Source: a virus. From it: a DNA stretch of 64,000 bases. This document shows positions 56,920-64,000 of this stretch, piece after piece (the stretch's first letter is position 1; each line of letters starts with the position of its first letter). Where the stretch lies: IMG/VR virus record IMGVR_UViG_3300017917_000784, positions 1 to 64,000 of that record; one strand, written 5' to 3'. The translations under genes were made by a program, and so were the position numbers. Below the pieces are notes generated by a model. The model had not been told where the DNA came from, did no database searches, and saw nothing but the letters and a program-made list of their open reading frames with translations.

Positions 56920-57901
56920 GATTTCTCTCTAAATCTAAAGTAACACAGTGGAACCCGCCACCTAATGTTCGTTGCTGACGTCCTGGCAAGCAAGCACAAT
57001 CTATACCATAGCTCTCAATTTGTCGACGCAGTTCATCTTGTCCCTCTAACATAACTACGAGGTCTGGTCTTATACTAAACAAATTAACGTTTAACCAAGG
57101 ACTAGCGTTGCAGTATCCAGGATAGTGACCAATATCTACTGGGTCTGCGGCAAATATAGCGTCCCAACTTTGTAATTTTTTAGGTAGTTGATCTTTGCTT
57201 TTTACACGACTAGGATTTAACAACATCAGTCCTTCACGTAGAAAAGCAATAGTACTATCAATATGCATATAACTATATACGCCTTCGACTAAATGAACTT
57301 TTTTATTTGGTACTAAACTCTGCAAATACTCCGCTCCGGTTTTATTTCCACTATTGCTGACTAGATAATACAAATCATCATTATCACGTAAAATATTTGC
57401 GGCATCAAAACTAGGTTCTACTTCGGTAAGTGCTAACGTATTTTTGTCACCTAAACAATTTATGTTATACAATCCGTCTGGTCTAGAAATTTGCTTATCA
57501 ATATACCTGACATTTTGTCTTGTATAAGGATAAAAATGCTCGTGCATGGCCATATATTCATTAGTTCTTGCTCGAAGAGGTTGTGGTGTTGCTAAAATTA
57601 AATCATCGTAAACTAGTACGTTATCTCTAGGACAATAATTATAATATTTAGGCACACGAGTTTTATCAGGCCGTAAAACTTCAACTCCTTCTTTACGTAA
57701 TAAATCGCAAAACTTTTCTAAATCTTCGTTGGCTTCGTCTATAACTTGTTGCGGATATTTTCCTTGAGGGATTTCACTAACGTCTTTTTTATCTGCGTAA
57801 TTTATAGTACGCAAACTAATGTCAAGAGACGGAATAGTAGCATCATCGGCAATACCGACTATTACTTTTTTTAACGGGTCGTATTCGTTTTTACTAAGCA
57901 T
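56912..57901 (-). CDS. Amidinotransferase #2
   Basis: NEYDPLKKVIVG, CPRD, FDAAN, HIDST, GGFHCVTLD. Confidence 0.9.
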   Translation of the reverse strand: MLSKNEYDPLKKVIVGIADDATIPSLDISLRTINYADKKDVSEIPQGKYPQQVIDEANEDLEKFCDLLRKEGVEVLRPDKTRVPKYYNYCPRDNVLVYDDLILATPQPLRARTNEYMAMHEHFYPYTRQNVRYIDKQISRPDGLYNINCLGDKNTLALTEVEPSFDAANILRDNDDLYYLVSNSGNKTGAEYLQSLVPNKKVHLVEGVYSYMHIDSTIAFLREGLMLLNPSRVKSKDQLPKKLQSWDAIFAADPVDIGHYPGYCNASPWLNVNLFSIRPDLVVMLEGQDELRRQIESYGIDCACLPGRQQRTLGGGFHCVTLDLERNHE

Positions 57902-58484
57902 TGAAAACCTTCATTTTAGATATGTTTGGGTAGTCTTGCCAACTCCATTGTTTGGCTTCTCGTTCTATACAACTTGGTAGTTTTTCTAAACCTAATTGAG
58001 CAGTTTCTGGAGTCATATAGTAATGATAACCCATTATATCTACGTCTTGCTCTGCCCATGGTACATCAGGCAACCTTCCATCGTAACTCATTTTTTTAAG
58101 TGTAATATAATCGTCTTTGTTATCGCAAAGTATCATACCGCCACGGCCTAGATTAAGATGTTTTCTAAATTGAAAACTAAGACAAATTAGTTTTCCTGAA
58201 ATATAACCATTTTGTTTCCAGTAAACTGCACCATCGATTATATTTGTATTACCTATTTCGTAATACTCCTGCCATTGTTCATTTTTAAATTCCCATGATA
58301 ATCCTAACTTTTTAAAAGTCATAGGAATTGAAAGATATGTATGTGTAGGGCAAGTAACATTATTACTATTACGAAGCCTTAAAGATAATTCAATGGCATG
58401 AGTACAACAATCGGTACTTACAGCGTAAGGAGCATTGTAAAATTCAGCAACTGATTGTTCGAACTCTGCTATCTTATTCCACAT
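57894..58484 (-). CDS. Short DegT/DnrJ/StrS-type PLP aminotransferase
   Basis: AVSTDCCTHAI, IIDGA, LSFQFRKHL..GRGG. Confidence 0.8.
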   Translation of the reverse strand: MWNKIAEFEQSVAEFYNAPYAVSTDCCTHAIELSLRLRNSNNVTCPTHTYLSIPMTFKKLGLSWEFKNEQWQEYYEIGNTNIIDGAVYWKQNGYISGKLICLSFQFRKHLNLGRGGMILCDNKDDYITLKKMSYDGRLPDVPWAEQDVDIMGYHYYMTPETAQLGLEKLPSCIEREAKQWSWQDYPNISKMKVFNA

Positions 58485-59842
58485 TAATCAAAAATCCACT
58501 GTTTAGTTTTTAAAGTTTTTAACATTTCAGCATTATTTTCTAATATATCTTGCATATTAGAATACATAACGCGAAGTTCGTTAATATCCTTGCTATCTAT
58601 ATAGTCAATAACTTTTAATATCTTTAGCATTCGTTGTTCTGGATCCTCTTCCTCATCATAACTTTCGTCCCAGAATCTGCCAAAAGTTTGAAATCCTTGT
58701 TTCCTCATATACTCTAACGTATGAGGAGGTGCAACAATTACAAAAGGTCTACCTAGTTTCATAGCGTTCATTGCTTTTTCGCTAAAAATGCCCATTGGTT
58801 GTGCAAACATTGTTTCTGTTACCACTACACAGAAACTATTTAAGTAGGCATCGTCCATTCGATAATCGCTAGGACTTCCGCAAGTGTAATTTCCTGGAAA
58901 TTTCCAGTAGTCTATGTTTCCATCAATTTTTGTTACTGGCTGTTCTATATTAATCTGTAACGGAGATTTTAAATTTAAATCCTCTACCCCTTGTACCAAT
59001 ACAGTATATTGATCAGGATTTTTTGTTTTCCAAGTTTCCAAATCAAACCAAAGATTTTTCTTTAAAACATCAATACTTCCATTGAAGTACCAAGAATAGT
59101 GTCCGCTTTTGTTTACAAGATAACTCATAATTACATGTCTTGCAGTATGATATCTCCAATTTGGGCAGACAAATTTACGTTCTATTAAACTAACTACATC
59201 AGGTAATTTACGGAAAGGATACTCGTCCTCAGGCGGATAGTCAACCATTGATGCTAGATGAAGATCTTTACAGTGTAGATTTATATTAGGATACTTGTGC
59301 TGAAAGTATTTCTTTACATTATAGTGACACCCGTATACATTTACTTTTTTAAGATTATTGCGTTCAGCAAAAATTGATATGGATTCAAATTCGTAGCATC
59401 TTAAATCCGCATAGTGCTCTAACTTGCAGTCAAATATCATATTATCACCGCAATTTTTTACAATAGTTTCTGAAATTGCGGCATCTTTGTCTGGATGATT
59501 AAATTTTTTAGACTTATCTATATTGCCTAACCCAAATGTTAATACTTCATAAAGATAAATGTCTAGTCCTTTATCATTAAGATGATCGATTGTTCGTTGA
59601 TCAAATGTTTTAGTTTCTAATTGGGGTATATACCCTTTAACTCCACATATCATATGTGGCGTTGTTTCAGAATCAATCCATGTAGGTGCTATAGCCCACT
59701 TATAAAAATGAAAAAAGTAAGCATCGTCTTCATGATACAATTCTGTACCATCCATTAATGTTATATGTCCTTGACGATTATCTAACAGTAATCTTTCAAA
59801 TAAAATAAAATTATCGTAGGCCTTGGCTATATATTCAGACAT
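58484..59842 (-). CDS. Glycosyltransferase-like protein, paralogue 3
   Basis: PNWRY, VVTET...SEK, RPF, GFQTF..FWDESYD. Confidence 0.55.
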   Translation of the reverse strand: MSEYIAKAYDNFILFERLLLDNRQGHITLMDGTELYHEDDAYFFHFYKWAIAPTWIDSETTPHMICGVKGYIPQLETKTFDQRTIDHLNDKGLDIYLYEVLTFGLGNIDKSKKFNHPDKDAAISETIVKNCGDNMIFDCKLEHYADLRCYEFESISIFAERNNLKKVNVYGCHYNVKKYFQHKYPNINLHCKDLHLASMVDYPPEDEYPFRKLPDVVSLIERKFVCPNWRYHTARHVIMSYLVNKSGHYSWYFNGSIDVLKKNLWFDLETWKTKNPDQYTVLVQGVEDLNLKSPLQINIEQPVTKIDGNIDYWKFPGNYTCGSPSDYRMDDAYLNSFCVVVTETMFAQPMGIFSEKAMNAMKLGRPFVIVAPPHTLEYMRKQGFQTFGRFWDESYDEEEDPEQRMLKILKVIDYIDSKDINELRVMYSNMQDILENNAEMLKTLKTKQWIFD

Positions 59843-60890
59843 TCTGTTCCTCTATCATTTTATTAAACTCGTTAGGATCGTTTAATCTATCATCAAACGA
59901 AGAACAAGTTGTGGCACACGTAAATAATCGACCTTGTTCATAATTTTTATCCCATGTCGATTTAATATCAGTAAAAAAATTACCCTCTATTATAGAATGC
60001 CATGCTGTTTTTCTTAAATCAATTTTATCTTTGTGTTCTTCCCAAATTTTTTCCCACCCGTCTTGAATAACTGCGCCTCGACGAGCGTATACTCCGGCTG
60101 CTAAAAAACAGCAAGGAAATACTCTACCTAAGTGGTCAATGTAAACACTTTGATTTTTTAATACATAACAGTCAATACAACTGTTATCAGAATCGTTCAT
60201 TATACCCTTAAGAGTTTTAGGTGTTCGATGTAAGATTACTTTATGTGTTAAGGATTCATCGCTAGGCGGCTCTACTGGACGAGAACGTCCTAACACTTCA
60301 TCTAATGCAAACCTATGACTTGGTTTAACTATAAATTTTTGAAATCCTAACTTTTCGGATAAACTTCTTGCTTCTTCTACTTGATGTTGGTTGTGTTTAA
60401 AAGTTATATATTGCCAGTATGGTTTCCCGCCACCTTCTACAAAGGCGTGTACGTTAGCCATAACGTTAGCCCAGCGTACATTGACTCGGTATATGTGGTT
60501 AGTATCTTCTAACCCGTCTATGGCAAAAATAACTTCGCTACGATCGCCTACTATTTCTGCAAGTTCTTTCCAAAAATTAGGACTACGAAGCCCACCGTTA
60601 GTGCTAATTTTTATTATTATATCTGGATTCTTTTTTCTAATTAATCTACATACATCTAAAAAGTTTGGTGCCGCACAAGGATCTCCTATGTTGCCACAAA
60701 AGAAAATTATTTTTGATTCTTGATAAACGTAATCAGGAATCAAATTAAAAAATTCAGTTTCTAAATATGTTTCTTGAAGCCAACTTTTATCCTCGGGCGT
60801 TATTTCTCTAACACATTGAGGGCAGGCAGCATTACAAATACTGCTGTTTTCAATTTGAACTTCAAAAAATTTACCTGTATAAAATGTCAT
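59835..60890 (-). CDS. Radical SAM protein with C-terminal SPASM/Twitch-like Cys motif
   Basis: CNAACPQC, GNIGDP, STNG, IDG, PCCF, CATTC. Confidence 0.88.
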   Translation of the reverse strand: MTFYTGKFFEVQIENSSICNAACPQCVREITPEDKSWLQETYLETEFFNLIPDYVYQESKIIFFCGNIGDPCAAPNFLDVCRLIRKKNPDIIIKISTNGGLRSPNFWKELAEIVGDRSEVIFAIDGLEDTNHIYRVNVRWANVMANVHAFVEGGGKPYWQYITFKHNQHQVEEARSLSEKLGFQKFIVKPSHRFALDEVLGRSRPVEPPSDESLTHKVILHRTPKTLKGIMNDSDNSCIDCYVLKNQSVYIDHLGRVFPCCFLAAGVYARRGAVIQDGWEKIWEEHKDKIDLRKTAWHSIIEGNFFTDIKSTWDKNYEQGRLFTCATTCSSFDDRLNDPNEFNKMIEEQNV

Positions 60891-61576
60891 TGTGGGTCCG
60901 GAAATATAATTGCTTGATCTTTGTATTTTTTAAGACTTTTATTAACTAACTGTCTATGTTTTTCTCTATCTAAAATTCCTAATACACAAAGCATGATTTT
61001 ATTTTGTTCAACATAATCTGCTCCGTGCCAATGATATCGTTCACAAATACTAAAACATGCTTGTTTTTTAGTAATATTTGGATATATCTTTTCACTATCT
61101 TTATTTTCAGAAACATAGAAACTCTTACTTTCATGCTTATTCATTAGAACATTGTAACGTCGAGGCTCTATATCAATTGCAATTTCTGTAGGATCGACTA
61201 TGATATCTCTTTGCTGAGCGTCCATATGAGTATTGACTTGTTCTCTCTGCATCAACATTACCACAAAACTAAATTCTAAAAACGGAAGTTGATCTAGCAT
61301 ATAAGGAATTTCAGGAAACACTTTGTCTATATCGTTAGCGTATAACGAGGGACCAAGATTTGGAATAAATCTCGAATATAAACAATTTTTAAACTTTTCA
61401 ACATCGTACCATTCATTACCTTTTAACCGTCCACGAACTGGAATTTTATTCCAATGCTCCATAGAATCAATATTTTGATTCCAATCTTTAGCTCTGGTTT
61501 CTTGACAGAAATCTAAAAGTTTTTGTTCGTCAGGTAACTGAACATCGATGTCTATAGGTAAGTATGCTATTGTCAT
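60887..61576 (-). CDS. Fe(II) oxygenase-like hypothetical protein
   Basis: THMD...WHGAD (HxD...H). Confidence 0.5.
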   Translation of the reverse strand: MTIAYLPIDIDVQLPDEQKLLDFCQETRAKDWNQNIDSMEHWNKIPVRGRLKGNEWYDVEKFKNCLYSRFIPNLGPSLYANDIDKVFPEIPYMLDQLPFLEFSFVVMLMQREQVNTHMDAQQRDIIVDPTEIAIDIEPRRYNVLMNKHESKSFYVSENKDSEKIYPNITKKQACFSICERYHWHGADYVEQNKIMLCVLGILDREKHRQLVNKSLKKYKDQAIIFPDPQ

Positions 61577-62097
61577 GTTTTTATTAAATCTATCATCAAA
61601 ATTACTCTGTCGTTGTCTGTGGGATTAAAAGCAAAATGTTCTACTGTGTCATCAAATACAGTATCTTCGCCTTCGTTCCAATAATAAACATCACCACCAA
61701 CATTAATCCATGCTTTACCAGATGCTATTAAACCTAAATGATACTTAAACACCGCAGGATTATCTGGGCCGCTATGTGGAAATATTTCGCAGCCGCCCTT
61801 TAATATACTAAACCCTACTAAGAAAATATTAGGTATTTTTTCTGCTACGCTTATAGTCACTGGACAAAATTCTTTATCTACTAACCATTTACCATCAATA
61901 AACAACGGAAGAAAATCCCACTGCCCGTTGTTGTTAGTAACTACTCCGTCTGGGCCGTCAACAATAGTTCCTTGGAATGCTTTTGGAGGCCACTTTTCTG
62001 CGTGATCTTTAACAGATAAAAATTCATCACGAATAGTTTTCCAATGTTGTTTAACATGGCTTACAGAAGGAAAATTACTTGTGGAAAATATGTTCAT
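61573..62097 (-). CDS. Aspartyl/asparaginyl beta-hydroxylase family protein
   Basis: FSIL..G..I.PH.G, YHLGL, W.EGE..VFDD..EH..N....RVILMID. Confidence 0.85.
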   Translation of the reverse strand: MNIFSTSNFPSVSHVKQHWKTIRDEFLSVKDHAEKWPPKAFQGTIVDGPDGVVTNNNGQWDFLPLFIDGKWLVDKEFCPVTISVAEKIPNIFLVGFSILKGGCEIFPHSGPDNPAVFKYHLGLIASGKAWINVGGDVYYWNEGEDTVFDDTVEHFAFNPTDNDRVILMIDLIKT

Positions 62098-62786
62098 AGT
62101 TTTTCTAATATCATATCTATAAAATCATCTTCGTAGTTAGATCTAAAACTATTCAGTGCCGCTTCTTGTAGTCTTTTTGGAGAGTAAGTTTCCTGTATCG
62201 TCATTCCAAGTTTATCTAACACACCGTGCATTTTTTCTAATCTGCCTGGACTAATTTGTATTAATAAATTTTCAAAACTGTCTGTGTCTTTATCTGTATC
62301 GTAACAAAAAAACCAGTTTATAGGAAACATTACTCCGTCCTGTATTGTCCAACTATTAGGATGTAGACTTAATTTTGTAATATTTGCATTCCACATACAT
62401 TGTATTAAATTAGCCCACTGTTCTTTCCAATTTTTACACGCTAATTCTCTACTACCTGCTGAGATACTTTGCATTAAAAAATCGTCACCTGGCCATTTGT
62501 ATATTACTTTACGTTCAACTTCATCTATATCTTCAATTTCTAACACAGGCATAAACTCTTTAGCCTTTGAATGAAATTTTAATTCTTTGCGAAATCTATC
62601 TTCTAACAACTGCTCAGTCCAGAGTGTATTTTCTTCAACACTGCGATGGTATCTTATGTCTCTAGCAAACCACTGACAAAAGTGTTTTTTATCAGGACTA
62701 ACATAGGCACTATAGACTAAATTGGCTCGTACCAATTCGTCCCCTTCTAAGTTCCAATATAAGTTCCAATTTGATATATCTGTCAT
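62094..62786 (-). CDS. Hypothetical protein, possibly degenerate kinase-like fold
   Basis: FRKEL helix, KLSLHPNSW and PINWFF loosely echo kinase catalytic-loop and DFG regions. Confidence 0.45.
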   Translation of the reverse strand: MTDISNWNLYWNLEGDELVRANLVYSAYVSPDKKHFCQWFARDIRYHRSVEENTLWTEQLLEDRFRKELKFHSKAKEFMPVLEIEDIDEVERKVIYKWPGDDFLMQSISAGSRELACKNWKEQWANLIQCMWNANITKLSLHPNSWTIQDGVMFPINWFFCYDTDKDTDSFENLLIQISPGRLEKMHGVLDKLGMTIQETYSPKRLQEAALNSFRSNYEDDFIDMILEKL

Positions 62787-62814
62787 TGTTTTGTTGATAA
62801 ATTAAAGTATGCTA

Positions 62815-62822
62815 TATTTATT
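62815..62822 (-). promoter_or_regulatory. Late-like promoter (AATAAATA) for the minus-strand island
   Basis: Reverse complement of tatttatt in the 42 bp divergent gap. Confidence 0.45.
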
Positions 62823-62828
62823 GAGCCT

Positions 62829-63608
62829 ATGATCCGCGGAATAAATTCTCAACCTTACATTAATCTAGATCCTTTTATTGATATAGAAGGATTTTCCAAA
62901 CTGCATTACGAAATCTGTAAAGGTATCGTTATGGCTGATTATAAAAAAGAAGGGAATATGGTTAAACCTGCGGCAGCCGAACAATATCGTTGGGAATTTA
63001 AACCACTGTATCAAGCATTGGAAGAATATCATGCACTACCTGCAGATCACGAAATTAAACGGTTAGGCATAGAAATAGGAGAATATAATAATCGCGATAA
63101 GTTTATGTTGTTTTTAAAACTTGCGTTAGGTGCGTATGATCCTTATCAATTTATTTTCCTTAAAACAGAAGAGGGCGGTTGGGAATCAAGGTTTGAAGAA
63201 AAGGCATGGACTGATGATGCTGTAAATCATTTTCCTAAAGTTAAAAATTGGATTGAGCAATCAATACAAGGCAAAGTTTTTAAGACCATAGGTCGTATTA
63301 TAATCTTTAAAGCAGAACACGATTGTCTAATGCCTATGCATCGTGACTTGCTAGAGGGAGAAAACGACTATTATCCACATAGGCATGAATTTATTCATTT
63401 GCGTCCTAATGCTGATAAACCGTTTTATATCTATGATCCTGAAATAGATAAACGTATATCTGTAGATTGTCGTGCAGTGTTTTTTAACGATTTAGATTGG
63501 CATGCTGGCGGACGTTCTGATGTACAAAGTTACAGTATAAGAATTGACGGATCGTTTACAGACGAATTTAGAGAACGCATCGGTGTTGCACACCTAGAAA
63601 ACTATTAA
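62829..63608 (+). CDS. Fe(II) oxygenase-like hypothetical protein
   Basis: MHRD...FFNDLDWH...SIRIDG. Confidence 0.6.
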   Translation: MIRGINSQPYINLDPFIDIEGFSKLHYEICKGIVMADYKKEGNMVKPAAAEQYRWEFKPLYQALEEYHALPADHEIKRLGIEIGEYNNRDKFMLFLKLALGAYDPYQFIFLKTEEGGWESRFEEKAWTDDAVNHFPKVKNWIEQSIQGKVFKTIGRIIIFKAEHDCLMPMHRDLLEGENDYYPHRHEFIHLRPNADKPFYIYDPEIDKRISVDCRAVFFNDLDWHAGGRSDVQSYSIRIDGSFTDEFRERIGVAHLENY

Positions 63609-64000
63609 TCAAACAATAAAATTTGTAAACTAATTTTAGGAACTGTTCCTAAATTGGCTGCTCCGTGTTCTATATTTGCAGGTGCTAGTTCGAACATATC
63701 CCCTGCTTTATAATTTTCTAAAAACTGTCCTTCATACGCAAACACATGACCGGGCTGATGATCTTGACAGGCCATCCAATAACGTTGTACATTTTCTGCA
63801 GATTCAAAATGATCCACGTGCATAGGCAACATGTCTCCAGGATTAAGTTTACTAAACCACCACTTGTATTTTTTACCATTGATATTCATAGGTAAATCAA
63901 TATGATCTCTACCTATGTGTTCATTATAGTAAAATTCCCAACCTATCTTAGTCATATCGATACCAGAAGCCTGCCATTTTTTCAAAGTGGATAGCTCGTA
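63605..64000 (-). CDS. Fe(II)/2OG oxygenase-like protein, paralogue D (5' end outside window)
   Basis: PGDMLPMHVD...HGAANLG..PKISLQI; frame is open to the window end. Confidence 0.65.
   Translation of the reverse strand, partial: YELSTLKKWQASGIDMTKIGWEFYYNEHIGRDHIDLPMNINGKKYKWWFSKLNPGDMLPMHVDHFESAENVQRYWMACQDHQPGHVFAYEGQFLENYKAGDMFELAPANIEHGAANLGTVPKISLQILLFD

Noticed and set aside
1-64000. Stop-codon reassignment or bacterial chromosome origin
   Set aside because: Known genes translate full length in code 11 with tight couplings; T4-type polymerase and RNase H, late-like promoters and dense small unknown ORFs indicate phage despite the many metabolic genes.

Overview
64 kb of a large, AT-rich, T4-like (jumbo/myovirus-type) dsDNA bacteriophage genome, densely coding in the standard genetic code. 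No tRNA, rRNA, CRISPR array or mobile element was recognised. Left to right: (1) a holin-like membrane gene and a small secreted protein; (2) a sigma70-promoter-driven dnaJ-def-clpA proteostasis operon; (3) a ~10 kb block (5.3-15.6 kb) behind ATAAATA late-type promoters, whose proteins share T4 capsid-targeting-like N-termini and Glu-delimited modules (Pol-beta-type NTase, KxDG ligase-like, HIGH-type nucleotidyltransferase, HAD+GH19 fusion); (4) dps, a structured GC-rich intergenic element, then isocitrate lyase, a class II aldolase and a fatty-acid desaturase; (5) family B DNA polymerase with a twin-hairpin leader and a probable sliding clamp; (6) a long modification region with 7-deazaguanine genes (TGT/DpdA-like, QueD-like, FolE, QueE, but no QueC in this window) mixed with a glycosyltransferase, dehydrogenases, aminotransferases, amidinotransferases, radical SAM enzymes and many Fe(II) oxygenase-like proteins; (7) RNase H, a MoxR-type AAA+/VWA pair, DHFR, ThyA; (8) a minus-strand island with a second aminotransferase/amidinotransferase/radical SAM set and three paralogous glycosyltransferase-like genes. 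The best candidates for new biology are a streptidine-like guanidino-sugar/cyclitol pathway possibly coupled to deazaguanine DNA hypermodification, and a protease-processed head-packaged polyprotein cassette. All calls come from motif recognition by eye; no database search was run.
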